A stretch of 64,000 bases of DNA, taken from the NCBI GenBank assembly GCA_947466535.1, contig CANIEV010000001.1, positions 12,941-76,940 on the forward strand, read 5' to 3'. The position numbers were made by a program, and so were the translations under genes. This document shows, one piece after another, positions 1 through 10,265 of this stretch (position 1 is its first letter; every line of letters begins with the position of its first letter). This DNA comes from Betaproteobacteria bacterium. GTDB lineage: Bacteria; Pseudomonadota; Gammaproteobacteria; Burkholderiales; SG8-39. The notes under the pieces were generated by a model. The model was given only the letters and a program-made list of their open reading frames with translations. It had not been told where the DNA came from and ran no database searches.

Positions 1-954
1 ATTGTGTTTTTCGTATGCAGTGCGTTTGCGCTCGCATCTGTGTCGGCACAACCCTATCCGACCCGAGCCGTCCGGATCGTGACCCCGTTTCCGCCCGGCG
101 GCGGTACTGAAGTGGCCGCGCGTTCCCTCGCGGAATATCTTGCACCTGTACTTGGGCAACCTGTGGTGGTGGAAAACCGGCCGGGAGGTAACTCGGTCAT
201 CGCGTCGGAAATCGTTGCCAAGGCGGCCCCGGACGGGCATACGCTGCTTCTGACCACGGATATTCATGCGATCAATGCGGCATTCGGTGTGTCCCTTCCC
301 TACGATTCGATGAAGGATTTTTCCTTTGTTTCGCAACTCACCACCTCCCCGCTTATGCTTGTCGCGCACCCGTCGCTCGGCGTTAAAACGGTATCCGAAC
401 TTGTTTCGATCGCGCGGGCGCAGCCCGGGAAGCTTTCATTCGGTTCGCTGGGTTCGAGCAGCCCGCATTACCTCGGGTTTGAATGGTGGAAGCGCATGGC
501 GAGCGTGGACATAATCGATGTCCCATACAAGGGTGGAGGCCAGGTGCTCGCTGATATCCTCGGCGGTCAGGTAAGCCTTACGTACATCGTCGCCGGCAAC
601 GGAATTCGGCAAGCCCGAGCGGGCAAACTGGCCGCGCTTGCGGTCACCAGTGACAGGCGGGCGGGCGTCGCGCCCGATACGCCGACCATCGCCGAATCAG
701 GATTTCCGGGCTACGCAATCGTGAACTGGTATGCGATGCTCGCTCCGGCCGGCACCTCGAAGGCAATTGTCTCCCGATTGAACGCGGAAATAGGCGCGGC
801 ACTCCGGCAGACCCATATAGTCGAACGGCTCGCGGGTTCGGGTCTGGACGTGACCACCGGATCGCCGGAAGACCTCGAGGTACTGCTCAAGCGCGACATT
901 GAAAAGTATCGTCGGATAATTTCGCTGACCGGAGCGAAACCGGACGGTCGCTAA
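1..954 (+). CDS. Bug/TctC-family periplasmic substrate-binding protein (tripartite tricarboxylate transporter family); 5' end may lie outside the window
   Basis: ORF 4..954 is open to the window edge. Signal-peptide-like FALASVSA is followed by family-typical QPYPTRAVRIVTPFPPGGGTEVAAR, VVVENRPGGN and the C-terminal SPEDLEVLLKRDIEKYRRIISLTGAKPD. Confidence 0.85.
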   Translation: MVFFVCSAFALASVSAQPYPTRAVRIVTPFPPGGGTEVAARSLAEYLAPVLGQPVVVENRPGGNSVIASEIVAKAAPDGHTLLLTTDIHAINAAFGVSLPYDSMKDFSFVSQLTTSPLMLVAHPSLGVKTVSELVSIARAQPGKLSFGSLGSSSPHYLGFEWWKRMASVDIIDVPYKGGGQVLADILGGQVSLTYIVAGNGIRQARAGKLAALAVTSDRRAGVAPDTPTIAESGFPGYAIVNWYAMLAPAGTSKAIVSRLNAEIGAALRQTHIVERLAGSGLDVTTGSPEDLEVLLKRDIEKYRRIISLTGAKPDGR

Positions 955-959
955 GTCCA

Positions 960-978
960 GGCGGGCCGGAGTCCCGCC
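960..978. terminator. Short GC hairpin between convergent Bug gene and metH (weak bidirectional terminator candidate)
   Basis: GGCGGG-ccggagt-CCCGCC lies in the 31-nt gap between two convergent stop codons. There is no T-tract. Confidence 0.25.
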
Positions 979-985
979 GCGACAA

Positions 986-3900
986 TCAGCGGTCGTAGGC
1001 GAGCACCGGGGCGAGCCAGCGCTCCGCGGTCTCGAGGCTCTGGGCCTTGCGACGAGCGTAATCTCGGGCCTGGTCTTCGCCGATCTTTCCGACGGCGAAA
1101 TACCTGGCATCCGGATGCGAAAGGTAAAAGCCGCTGACGGCGGCGGCGGGGAGCATCGCAAACGATTCGGTAAGCTCCAGTCCGGCGGACCTTGCGTCGA
1201 GCAGTTCGAACAAGGGGCCTTTTTCGGTATGGTCCGGACAGGACGGATAACCCGGCGCCGGGCGGATACCCTGATACTTTTCCGCGACAAGATCGTTGCT
1301 GCCGAGGTTTTCCCCGGGGGCATATCCCCAGAACTCGCGCCGGACCCGTTCGTGCAGTCGTTCGGCAAACGCTTCGGCAAGTCTGTCCGCGAGCGCCTTG
1401 AGCATGATCGCACTGTAGTCGTCGTTCGCTGTCTCGAACTGACGAACACGCTCGTCGCAACCCAGGCCGGCTGTGACCGCGAATGCACCGATCCAGTCCG
1501 GGATCCCGGAGTCACGTGACGCGATGAAATCGCCCAGGCACAGATTGTCCCGGTCGTCTGGCTTTTCGGATTGCTGCCTCAGGCAGTGCCAGATCATTTT
1601 CGGGTGCGAGCGTGATTCCTCGGCATAAATTTCGATATCGTCCCCGTTCGAATTCGCAGGTAACAAGCAGATCACACCATTTGCCCTGAGCCACTTTTCC
1701 GAAATGATCCGCTTCAACATCGTGTGCGCATCCTGATACACGTTCTTGGCCGCCTCCCCAACGACGGGGTCGTCGAGAATCTTGGGAAATGTTCCGATCA
1801 GGTCCCAGGTCTGGAAGAACGGTGACCAGTCGATGTAGCGGGCCAGTTCCGCCAAATCGTAGTCCATGAATACCCGGCGCCCGATCATCGCGGGTCTGGG
1901 CGGTATGCAGGCTTTCCAGTCGGTATGGTGTGCATTTGCGCGGGCGCGCTCGAGCGGTACAAGTGAGGGTCCCTTCTTGGACGCGTGTTGTGCGCGGATC
2001 CGATCGTAGTCTTCGCGCAGGTTGTCAGCGTATTTCTTGCGCGAACCTTCGGAAATCAGACTCTGACAGACGCTTACCGCGCGCGAAGCATCGGGCACAT
2101 AGACCGTGGGGCCCTTGTAATGCGGCGCAATCTTTACTGCGGTGTGCACGCGGGACGTGGTGGCGCCGCCGATCAAAAGCGGCAGTTCGAATCCCTGACG
2201 CTGCATTTCCCTCGCGACGTGCGCCATTTCCTCGAGCGATGGAGTAATCAGCCCGGAGAGCCCGATGACATCCGCCTTCTCTTCGCGCGCGACCTGGAGG
2301 ATCTTTTCGGTCGGAACCATCACGCCCAGATTGATGACCTCGAAGTTGTTGCACTGTAGAACCACCGTCACGATGTTCTTCCCTATATCGTGGACGTCGC
2401 CCTTCACGGTAGCGATGACGATCTTGCCTTTCGGCTTGTTGTCACCGGAGCGGGCTTTCTCCGCTTCGATGTAGGGGACGAGATGGGCCACAGCCTGCTT
2501 CATCACGCGCGCCGACTTCACGACCTGGGGCAGGAACATCTTTCCAGCGCCGAACAGGTCGCCGACGATGTTCATGCCCTCCATGAGCGGGCCCTCGATT
2601 ACCTGGATGGGACGCTCGACCTTGCAGCGCGCTTCTTCTGCATCTTCTACGATGAATGTAGCGATGCCATGAACCAATGCGTGGGCGATACGTTCGTCAA
2701 CCGATCCTTTTCGCCAGGCAAGGTCTTCGACCGCGGACTTGCCCGCGGTCTTTACGGTGAGTGCCAGTTCGACGAGCCGCTCGCCGGCGTCGGGGCGTCG
2801 GTTGAGAACGACGTCCTCACAACGCTCGCGAAGTTCGCCGTCGATGTTTTCGTAGACGCCGAGCTGGCCGGCATTGACGATGCCCATCGTCATGCCTGCG
2901 CGAATCGCGTGATAGAGGAAAACCGTGTGAATCGCTTCCCGTACCGCGTCATTGCCCCGAAACGAAAATGAGACGTTAGATACGCCACCGGAAATGCTGG
3001 TTCCGGGCAGGTTTTTCCGTAACCAGGCGGTTGCATCGATGAAATCACGGCCGTAGTTGGCGTGCTCTTCGATGCCCGTCGCGACCGCGAAGATGTTTGG
3101 ATCGAAGATGATGTCTTCAGGCGGGGTTCCGACCTTCTCGGTCAGGATTCGGTAACAGCGCTGGCAGATGACCTCGCGTCGTTCCAGCGTATCCGCTTGG
3201 CCCTTCTCGTCGAACGCCATCACGATTACCGCCGCGCCGTAGCGCCTCGCAAGAGTTGCCTGCCGGATGAACTCCTCTTCGCCCTCCTTGAGGGAGATCG
3301 AGTTGACGACGGCCTTTCCCTGTACGCATTTTAGGCCGGCTTCGATGACCGACCATTTCGACGAATCGATCACAATCGGTACACGCGAAATATCGGGCTC
3401 CGCGGCGATGAGGTGCAGAAACCTGATCATCGCGGCCTGAGAGTCGAGCATCGCCTCGTCCATGTTGACGTCGATCATCTGCGCGCCGTTCTCTACCTGA
3501 TGCCTCGCGACGGCAAGCGCCTCGGGGTAGTCGCCCGCCAGGATGAGGCGTGCGAACGCGCGCGACCCGGTGACATTGGTACGTTCGCCTATATTTGCGA
3601 AAAGGGAGTCCGCGCCGATGTTCAAGGGCTCGAGACCCGCGAGCCGGAGCTTTTGTTCGAGCGAGGGGATGCGCCTCGGGGCAATGTTGCAGACTCCGTT
3701 CGCAATGGCGCGCAGATGCGCCGGTGTCGTTCCGCAACAGCCGCCCACCACGTTGACCAGGCCGCTCAAGGCGAATTCATGCAGGAATTCCGCGGTCTGG
3801 GCCGGAGTCTCGTCATAGCCGGTGTCGGAGAGCGGATTGGGCAGGCCAGCGTTCGGATAGGCGCAGACAAAGGTGTCCGACACCTTGGAAAGCTCCTCGA

Positions 3901-4669
3901 TGTACGGGCGCATCAACTTCGCACCGAGCGCGCAGTTGAGTCCGATGGTCAGAGGTCGGGCGTGACGGACGGAGTTCCAGAAGGCTTCGGGCGTCTGGCC
4001 CGTGAGCGTACGGCCCGACTGATCGGTGATCGTCCCGGAAATCATTACCGGTAGCCGAGAACCGCGCTTGGAGAACTCGGTTTCGATCGCAAAGATCGCT
4101 GCCTTTGCGTTCAAGGTGTCAAATATGGTCTCGACGAGCAATATGTCCGCGCCGCCGTCGATCAGTCCGCGCGCCGCGCCCGTGTAGACATCGACCAGTT
4201 CGTCAAACGAGATATTCCGGAACCCCGGATCGTTGACATCCGGGGAAATCGACGCCGTTTTGTTTGTAGGTCCCAGCGCGCCGGCGACGTATCGCTTTTT
4301 CGTTTCTGTCGAGTACCCGTCGGCGACTTCACGGGCGAGGCGCGCCGCCTCGATATTCAGTTCGTACACCAGGGCCTCGAGTCCGTAATCGGCTTGCGAG
4401 GGGGCATTGGAATTGAACGTGTTGGTCGAGGTGATGTCCGCACCAGCCTCGAAGTACTGCGCATGAATTCCCTTGACGATGTCCGGCCGGGTAAGGACCA
4501 GCAAGTCGTTATTGCCTCGTAGTTCCTTGTCGTGTTCACGGAAGCGGCCTCCGCGGAACTGCGATTCGTCGAGCCGGTGCTGCTGGATCATCGTGCCCCA
4601 GGCGCCGTCGAGCACCAGGATGCGCTGTTCCAGCAGGGTCGAGAGTTCGGTGGTGCAGTCGGGACGCAT
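986..4669 (-). CDS. metH: Cobalamin-dependent methionine synthase
   Basis: 1227-aa ORF with the full MetH architecture. The N-terminal Hcy-binding domain has [13 protein letters not shown] and [10 protein letters not shown]. These are followed by the pterin-binding domain, the B12-binding motif [11 protein letters not shown] and the C-terminal AdoMet activation domain. Confidence 0.97.
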   Translation of the reverse strand: MRPDCTTELSTLLEQRILVLDGAWGTMIQQHRLDESQFRGGRFREHDKELRGNNDLLVLTRPDIVKGIHAQYFEAGADITSTNTFNSNAPSQADYGLEALVYELNIEAARLAREVADGYSTETKKRYVAGALGPTNKTASISPDVNDPGFRNISFDELVDVYTGAARGLIDGGADILLVETIFDTLNAKAAIFAIETEFSKRGSRLPVMISGTITDQSGRTLTGQTPEAFWNSVRHARPLTIGLNCALGAKLMRPYIEELSKVSDTFVCAYPNAGLPNPLSDTGYDETPAQTAEFLHEFALSGLVNVVGGCCGTTPAHLRAIANGVCNIAPRRIPSLEQKLRLAGLEPLNIGADSLFANIGERTNVTGSRAFARLILAGDYPEALAVARHQVENGAQMIDVNMDEAMLDSQAAMIRFLHLIAAEPDISRVPIVIDSSKWSVIEAGLKCVQGKAVVNSISLKEGEEEFIRQATLARRYGAAVIVMAFDEKGQADTLERREVICQRCYRILTEKVGTPPEDIIFDPNIFAVATGIEEHANYGRDFIDATAWLRKNLPGTSISGGVSNVSFSFRGNDAVREAIHTVFLYHAIRAGMTMGIVNAGQLGVYENIDGELRERCEDVVLNRRPDAGERLVELALTVKTAGKSAVEDLAWRKGSVDERIAHALVHGIATFIVEDAEEARCKVERPIQVIEGPLMEGMNIVGDLFGAGKMFLPQVVKSARVMKQAVAHLVPYIEAEKARSGDNKPKGKIVIATVKGDVHDIGKNIVTVVLQCNNFEVINLGVMVPTEKILQVAREEKADVIGLSGLITPSLEEMAHVAREMQRQGFELPLLIGGATTSRVHTAVKIAPHYKGPTVYVPDASRAVSVCQSLISEGSRKKYADNLREDYDRIRAQHASKKGPSLVPLERARANAHHTDWKACIPPRPAMIGRRVFMDYDLAELARYIDWSPFFQTWDLIGTFPKILDDPVVGEAAKNVYQDAHTMLKRIISEKWLRANGVICLLPANSNGDDIEIYAEESRSHPKMIWHCLRQQSEKPDDRDNLCLGDFIASRDSGIPDWIGAFAVTAGLGCDERVRQFETANDDYSAIMLKALADRLAEAFAERLHERVRREFWGYAPGENLGSNDLVAEKYQGIRPAPGYPSCPDHTEKGPLFELLDARSAGLELTESFAMLPAAAVSGFYLSHPDARYFAVGKIGEDQARDYARRKAQSLETAERWLAPVLAYDR

Positions 4670-4688
4670 GGTGTTGGATATGTCCGGG

Positions 4689-4728
4689 AAAAGAAAACCC
4701 GTTGTGCCAGTTCGGCTACAACGGGTTT
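4689..4728 (-). terminator. Intrinsic-terminator-like hairpin in the metH 5' leader (candidate attenuator)
   Basis: On the minus strand an 11-bp perfect stem AAACCCGTTGT/ACAACGGGTTT with a 12-nt loop runs into TTTTCTTTT. It ends about 19 nt upstream of the metH ATG at 4669. Confidence 0.45.
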
Positions 4729-4798
4729 CCCTCGCTTTAGCCGTATTTGTTTTGCGCGAAACGCGATCGTCGGATCACGTCGGCAGGCGCCCGCAAGC

Positions 4799-4810
4799 TG
4801 AAGCGTTTCA
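4799..4810. promoter_or_regulatory. Palindrome TGAAGCGTTTCA, MetR-box-like, upstream of metH
   Basis: Perfect inverted half-sites TGAA/TTCA separated by 4 nt. The enterobacterial MetR consensus is TGAA-N5-TTCA, so spacing is one nt short. Located in the metH/rhodanese divergent intergenic region. Confidence 0.25.
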
Positions 4811-4891
4811 AATCAGCGCCTAGTCATGGGAGACTAATGGGCCAGTATCTTGTTGTCAATAAAAGGTTATTGCATCGCAATATGCGTAGTA

Positions 4892-4923
4892 AAAGTGGGC
4901 AGACCGGACAGAAAGTGGGCAGA
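4892..4923. repeat. Two perfect 12-bp direct repeats AAAGTGGGCAGA with 20-bp periodicity (candidate regulator binding site)
   Basis: AAAGTGGGCAGA occurs at 4892-4903 and again at 4912-4923, separated by ccggacag. It lies in an AT-richer intergenic stretch about 70 nt upstream of the rhodanese ATG at 4991. Confidence 0.5.
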
Positions 4924-4990
4924 TTTCTTCTTGGTGGGACGTCGACGTAAATACCTCATCTATACTCGCGAAACTCATTGGCATTTGCTT

Positions 4991-5315
4991 ATGAACGACC
5001 TTCCCCCCTCAAGAAGCCTCACGATTTCTCGACGAGCGTTCCGACGCCCTGTTTATTGACGTGTGTAGTGAGATCGAATATCTGTTCGTGGGGCATCCGA
5101 TAGGTGCACTTCATGTTCCATGGAACGAAGGTCCCGACTGGGCAATCAATCCGGACTTCGTGCCGCAGGTGCTGATTTGCCGGAGCGGCAACCGATCAGT
5201 CGACGCGAGCGATGCGCTCGAAAAGGCGGGCTTTCGAAGCATCTATAACGAGCTTAACGGTTTCGAGGGTGACCTGGACGAAAGCAATCACTGCAATTGC
5301 GTGAATGGCTGGTGA
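4991..5315 (+). pseudogene. Single-domain rhodanese (sulfurtransferase) gene interrupted by a +1 frameshift in a C6 tract
   Basis: ATG at 4991 gives MNDLPP and then runs out of frame to a stop at 5059. Removing one C from the run at 5003-5008 gives MNDLPPQEASRFLDERSDALFIDVCSEIEYLFVGHPIGALHVPW, continuous with ORF 5061..5315. That ORF carries the active-site loop CRSGNRS. Confidence 0.8.
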
Positions 5316-5370
5316 CGGGGGGGTCTGCCTTGGGAGCAGTGCTAAGGCGTTCAAGCGCGCCCGCATAGCG

Positions 5371-6651
5371 ATGGCCACCCGCCTTCCTCCGTTTTCGGCA
5401 GCGCTATTGGTCTGGTCGTTCGGCGCAGCTCTCTATCTGATAGGTTTTTTCCAGAGAGTTGCGCCTGCGGTCATCACCACCGAACTCATGGGGGAGTTCG
5501 GACTTACCGCTGCTGCACTCGGCAATCTGTCCGCCTTGTATTTCTATACCTATGTGGCAATGCAGATCCCCACTGGGGTTCTGGTTGACCATTTCGGGCC
5601 CCGACGCGTGCTTACCGCGGGTGCCGCACTTGCCTGTGTCGCCACGCTGCTCTTTTCCCTCTCATCTGGCTTTGGTCTCGTTGCTACCGGTCGCCTCGCG
5701 ATCGGCGCATCGGTCGCCGTTGCATTCGTATCGATGCTCAAGCTTGCCGCGCATTGGGCGTCCCCGTCCCGGTTTGCGATGTTGTCCGGATTGGCGCTCG
5801 CGTGCGGAGTAATCGGCGGCGTGACTGCCGGTGTTCCGCTGCGGCTTGCCGTCGACGGTTTCGGTTGGCGCAATGTGATGCTTGGTGTTGGGATCGCCAC
5901 AGGCGTCCTTGCGGTCTTCACATGGTGGGTCGTCCGCGATGACCCGCGTGAGCGTGGGTATTCGGGATTTGCCGAAGGTGACTCACGAGTACGCCCCGTG
6001 CACACAATGCTCGGCGGCATTCGTGAAGTTCTGCGTTATCCGAACGTCTGGTTCTCGTTTGTCGCCTGTGGTGCCATTACCGGCCCCGTCCTTGCCTTCG
6101 GAGGTCTTTGGGGCGTGCCGTTTCTGGTCACTCACTACGGGATGTCCACGGCGAATGCGGCCTTTGTGACGTCGGTATTACTAGTCGCATGGGCCGTGGG
6201 GGGGCCGATTGTCGGCGCCCTGTCGGATCGGTTGCAACGACGCAAAGCACCTATCGCAGTCGGCGGAATCGTCGCGACGATACTCTGGTGCGTCGTTATC
6301 TGGGTGCCCGGGCTTCCCTATCCGGTACTGCTTGCGGTGCTCGCGTTGATCGGCTTGGCGTCTGCCGTAATCATCATCGGCTTCGCGTTTGTGAAAGAGT
6401 CGGCTCCTGCGACATTGGCGGGTACGGCTTCCGGTATAGCCAACATGGGAAACATGCTGGGCGGAATGGTCATGCAGCCTGTGATCGGACGAATACTCGA
6501 TGCCAGCGGGTCGGGCTCCGTCGATCATGGTGTGCGGATATATGAGCTTTCCGCGTATCAGGCAGGATTCGGATTCATGCTCGTGTGGCTTGGGCTTGGA
6601 ACCGTCGCGGTGTTCTTCTCAAGGGAAACCCGTTGTCGGCAGATCGCCTAG
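5371..6651 (+). CDS. MFS transporter
   Basis: About 12 predicted hydrophobic segments and an MFS-like loop VDHFGPRRVL after TM2. The start is taken at the internal ATG 5371 (MATRLPPFSAALLVW); the ORF is open from 5305. Confidence 0.8.
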   Translation: MATRLPPFSAALLVWSFGAALYLIGFFQRVAPAVITTELMGEFGLTAAALGNLSALYFYTYVAMQIPTGVLVDHFGPRRVLTAGAALACVATLLFSLSSGFGLVATGRLAIGASVAVAFVSMLKLAAHWASPSRFAMLSGLALACGVIGGVTAGVPLRLAVDGFGWRNVMLGVGIATGVLAVFTWWVVRDDPRERGYSGFAEGDSRVRPVHTMLGGIREVLRYPNVWFSFVACGAITGPVLAFGGLWGVPFLVTHYGMSTANAAFVTSVLLVAWAVGGPIVGALSDRLQRRKAPIAVGGIVATILWCVVIWVPGLPYPVLLAVLALIGLASAVIIIGFAFVKESAPATLAGTASGIANMGNMLGGMVMQPVIGRILDASGSGSVDHGVRIYELSAYQAGFGFMLVWLGLGTVAVFFSRETRCRQIA

Positions 6652-6713
6652 AAGTCGGCCCTATCGACTTTGCTTCGGAAACGCCACCGGCAACGCGTAT
6701 TTCGGGGTCTGAT

Positions 6714-8018
6714 TCATACCTTCAGCAACGCGGGCAGCCAATTGGCAAGCCCCGGGACCGCAATCAACAACCCGATGAGCAAAAAATCAGCTGCGAGGAA
6801 AGGCAGCGTGCCCATGTATATGCGCGCAACCGGAATTTCGGGATGTTGTGCCTGGATCACGAATACCGTCATTCCGGTCGGGGGACTGATCAGGCCGATC
6901 GTGCACATCACGGTGACGAAAATACCGAACCACACACCGTCATATCCAATGCCCGTGATCAGCGGCAGCGTCACCGGTACCGTCACCAGTATCGTGCTCA
7001 CTTCATCGAGAAACGTGCCGAGAAGAAAATACAGGGAGATCACCGCGACGAGAATCCATCCCGGCCCCACGCCGGACTGCTGGACCATCCGGGCGAGTTC
7101 GTTGGGAAACTGGGTGAGCACGATAAAGCGCGAAAAAATGAAGGCGCCCACGATAACGAAAAAAATTGATGCGGTGGTGTATGCCGTCTCAAGCAGTGAA
7201 TCGACAAGCCCGCGAAAGTTCATCGCACCGGTGGCGAACGCGATGATGATTGCGGCAAACGCCGCTACTGCGGCTGCCTCGGTCGGGGAAAACCATCCAA
7301 GATAGATCCCGAAAACCGCGAAGAAAAACAGAATCCCGAGTTTCCAGATCCCGACTGCAGCGCGAAGGCGCGCCGCGAGCGGCAGTGCCGGAACGCGGGG
7401 GATCCATTTCGGCCGCCACCAGGCCACAAGCCATACCGTGACCACGTACATCGCTGCCAGTATAAAACCGGGGAGGAACGCTGCCGCGTAAAGCTTCGGC
7501 AGCGACTGCTCGGCAACAATCGCATAGATTGCAAGTAAAACTGACGGCGGGATCAGCACATCCAGTGTGCCTGCGGATGCCACCGCCCCTGCGGCAAAGG
7601 CGGGGTCATAGCCGTGTTTGCGCATCTCCGGGATTGCAACCTTCGAAAACGTTGCCGCAGTAGCGATTGAAGACCCACAGATAGCGCCGAACAATGCGCA
7701 TGAGCCGATCGTTGCATTGGCAAGGGCCCCACGAACGCCGGAGAACAACGCGTTGCAGGCTTGAAACAGCTCTGTCGCCATGTTCGCCCTTGAGGCCACT
7801 GCGCCCATGAGTATGAACAAGGGAATTACGGAAAAGGAATACGCGCTGGCGAGCTCGAACGGAACAGTGCCGGCCATTTTCAACGCCTTGCCCCAGCCAT
7901 CCAGTGCCGCATATCCCGCAAGGCCGGAAGCAGCAAGGGATATGGCGATCGGCACACGCGCAAAGATAAGAAAGAGAAGAAACAGCACGCCGAGCGCACC
8001 GATCAGGGCGACGCTCAT
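6714..8018 (-). CDS. TRAP transporter large permease (DctM family)
   Basis: Polytopic membrane protein with a DctM-like sequence. The start at ATG 8018 (MSVALIGALGVLFLL) overlaps the upstream stop as ATGA. The longer ORF to 8174 is an out-of-frame overlap with the DctQ gene. Confidence 0.9.
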   Translation of the reverse strand: MSVALIGALGVLFLLFLIFARVPIAISLAASGLAGYAALDGWGKALKMAGTVPFELASAYSFSVIPLFILMGAVASRANMATELFQACNALFSGVRGALANATIGSCALFGAICGSSIATAATFSKVAIPEMRKHGYDPAFAAGAVASAGTLDVLIPPSVLLAIYAIVAEQSLPKLYAAAFLPGFILAAMYVVTVWLVAWWRPKWIPRVPALPLAARLRAAVGIWKLGILFFFAVFGIYLGWFSPTEAAAVAAFAAIIIAFATGAMNFRGLVDSLLETAYTTASIFFVIVGAFIFSRFIVLTQFPNELARMVQQSGVGPGWILVAVISLYFLLGTFLDEVSTILVTVPVTLPLITGIGYDGVWFGIFVTVMCTIGLISPPTGMTVFVIQAQHPEIPVARIYMGTLPFLAADFLLIGLLIAVPGLANWLPALLKV

Positions 8019-8488
8019 GAGTCGCTTTTCCGAACTCGCTGGAACAGCATGCCAAGCGCCGCGATTGCGGACAGGATCAGGCCGGCCAAAACCGGGATCC
8101 AGTAAAGAATTTTCGGGAGCGACAAATCTGAGGTGACGTCGCCGAAAGCCAATGTGTCCTTGGCAGCAAGCCATCCTTGAATTGCCATGATCACCAGCAA
8201 AAATACCGAAATGGCGAGAGCAGTCCGCTTGAGTAGAGGAACCGACCGCGGCGCGATCGGGTCAATCAAGTCCACCACGATGTTTTCTTCCCGAAGGAAC
8301 ACCGCAGGCAGGGCGAGGAAAAAACTCGCGGCAAGCAACAACTCGATGATTTCCAGGGCCCCGCGGATGGGCGTGTTTGTGGCCGCGCGCAGCAGGACAT
8401 CGGCCACCGTAAGCAGCATCATCGCTGCAATAAAAAAGCTCGCTACCCAGCCGCACGACAACGCAAAGACGGCGCGCCAGTTTTTCAT
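8015..8488 (-). CDS. TRAP transporter small permease (DctQ family)
   Basis: About 157 aa with four hydrophobic helices, lying between DctP-like and DctM-like genes. Start at MKNWRAVFAL. Confidence 0.85.
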   Translation of the reverse strand: MKNWRAVFALSCGWVASFFIAAMMLLTVADVLLRAATNTPIRGALEIIELLLAASFFLALPAVFLREENIVVDLIDPIAPRSVPLLKRTALAISVFLLVIMAIQGWLAAKDTLAFGDVTSDLSLPKILYWIPVLAGLILSAIAALGMLFQRVRKSDS

Positions 8489-8615
8489 CGACGCGCAGAC
8501 AGGTTTGCGCAATCGCGGGCAGGAGCGGCGTGTGCCCGGTCGGTGACCTTCACCCCGGTTTTCGGCGCATTTTGCAAGCGCGTCAGCATCAAGCCAACCG
8601 ACCGTATCAAAGCGG

Positions 8616-9653
8616 TCAGTTCCAGAAGTTCTTGGAGTTTCTGGAATGTTTTTCGGCGAGGGTGCGCATCATTGTGAATACAGCCCGCGCAGGGAGTTTC
8701 TTCTCTTCAAGTTCCTTGATCTTGGCTTCCGACACCTGGTCGCCGATCTGGCGCACCTTCGCGGAGTCCGCGGCCGAAAGTCTGAGGGCGTCGCCACCAC
8801 CGTCGATCAGGGCCTTTTTCCCGGGAACGTCGAGGGCGTCCCACGCTTCCCCGACTTCCTTTTCCTTCCCGGTGGTGGTGTCCATGACAAGCTTCTTCAG
8901 GTCGGGAGGAAGCTTGTTCCAGAAATCCTCGTTCATCGCCACGCCGAAACTTCCGACATAGGAATACAGCTCCGTCGTGTGCTTGACGATGCCACCGAGC
9001 TTGAACGCGATGCCGGCGCCGCCGTAATCAATGAAGGTTCCGTCGATGGTTCCCTTCTGCAGCTGCTCGGAAATTTCAGTGGGCGGGACACCCACCGGCG
9101 TCGCGCCGAGCGCGGCGACGAAATCACGCACTGTCGGAGAAACGAAACGCAAGCGCATACCCTTGAAATCATCCAGCGTACGGATCGGCTTTTTCGTCGT
9201 GTGCACATTGCCTGGCTGGTGCGTGAGCAGCATCAGCAGTTTCAAGCCCCGATGTTCCGCATCAAGATACTTCGACCGGAGCTCGGGATCGTTCAGCACC
9301 TTGGTGCCGATTTCGGAACTGCCGACCATGAAAGGCAGGTTGATGAGTTCGGTGAGCGGAAAGCGTCCCGGAGTGCTTCCGTGAAGAAACCAGGACGCAT
9401 CCGACCTTCCGGTGCGTGCGAAGTCGTATTCCTGCGCCACGGGTCCCATCTGCGAAGCCGGAAACCTCTTGACCGTGATTCGGCCTCCCGACCCCTTTTC
9501 CAACTGTTCGGACCACTTGATCAGCCATTGCGACATCGCATGCTGATCGCCGACGAAGTACGACAGTTTCATTTCGAATTTCTGCTGCGCGATCGCGCCG
9601 ACCGAGAAAAGTGCAAGCGCGGCTACTCCGATAATCGAACGGATTGTCTTCAT
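8616..9653 (-). CDS. TRAP transporter substrate-binding protein (DctP family)
   Basis: Signal peptide MKTIRSIIGVAALALFSVGAIAQQ followed by a DctP-like periplasmic domain. The start overlaps the stop of the upstream VOC gene (ATGA). Confidence 0.9.
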   Translation of the reverse strand: MKTIRSIIGVAALALFSVGAIAQQKFEMKLSYFVGDQHAMSQWLIKWSEQLEKGSGGRITVKRFPASQMGPVAQEYDFARTGRSDASWFLHGSTPGRFPLTELINLPFMVGSSEIGTKVLNDPELRSKYLDAEHRGLKLLMLLTHQPGNVHTTKKPIRTLDDFKGMRLRFVSPTVRDFVAALGATPVGVPPTEISEQLQKGTIDGTFIDYGGAGIAFKLGGIVKHTTELYSYVGSFGVAMNEDFWNKLPPDLKKLVMDTTTGKEKEVGEAWDALDVPGKKALIDGGGDALRLSAADSAKVRQIGDQVSEAKIKELEEKKLPARAVFTMMRTLAEKHSRNSKNFWN

Positions 9654-10264
9654 TGCATCGACTCCTCTTTCGTGGGTGATTTCAACGGCATTTTGGCCAG
9701 CCACTGATTGATGACCTCCGGGTCATCGAAGAGCGTCTCAAGCTCGATGCGCGCCTCTTCCTCTGTCTGAAGCGCGGACGGCACCACGCCAAGATGCGCC
9801 GGAGCGCGGCTTGTCGCGATCTCGAGTCGTATGCCATTCGGATCATAGAAATAAGCTGACCAGAAACGCCCACCGAGCGATACGGGGCCGATCACGTTGA
9901 TGCCGCAGGACTTCACGTGCTCGATCACCTTGTCAAATCTGTCCATCGGGACATGAAACGCGATGTGCTGCATACCACCAGGAAGGTCGCGATTCTGCCT
10001 GGCCAGTCCCTTGGGGTATTCGAAGAACGCGAGCAGCTCGTCGTTGCCCATGTTGAAGAAGTAGTGGCGCAGATTCTCGTACGGGGGCTGTCCCCGGTCG
10101 CGCTCGAAGGGCACCCGGCGAACATGTACCAGTTGCATTCCGAGTACCCGCGTATAGAAGTCCATGGTTGCCGGCAGGTCGTCGGTAACAAACGCCAGGT
10201 GATCGATGCCGCGGGTCAGCACCGGCGCGAGTGCAGGTGTGGCTTCCCGGTCTGGGTTGTTCAT
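9650..10264 (-). CDS. VOC (glyoxalase/bleomycin resistance/extradiol dioxygenase) family protein
   Basis: GIDHLAFVTDDL...FYTRVLGM, then MQHIAFHV and YFYDPNGIRLEI are typical VOC beta-alpha-beta-beta-beta module signatures. Start at MNNPDREAT. Confidence 0.75.
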   Translation of the reverse strand: MNNPDREATPALAPVLTRGIDHLAFVTDDLPATMDFYTRVLGMQLVHVRRVPFERDRGQPPYENLRHYFFNMGNDELLAFFEYPKGLARQNRDLPGGMQHIAFHVPMDRFDKVIEHVKSCGINVIGPVSLGGRFWSAYFYDPNGIRLEIATSRAPAHLGVVPSALQTEEEARIELETLFDDPEVINQWLAKMPLKSPTKEESMQ

Positions 10265-10265
10265 T

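Noticed and set aside
4670-4860. SAH or cobalamin riboswitch upstream of metH
   Set aside because: I looked for the conserved SAH core (GAGGAGCG ... AGGCUCGG ... AACGGCGCUC as I recall it) and for a B12 box (GCCACUG-like) on the minus strand and found neither. Only the terminator-like hairpin is reported. A covariance-model scan is still needed.
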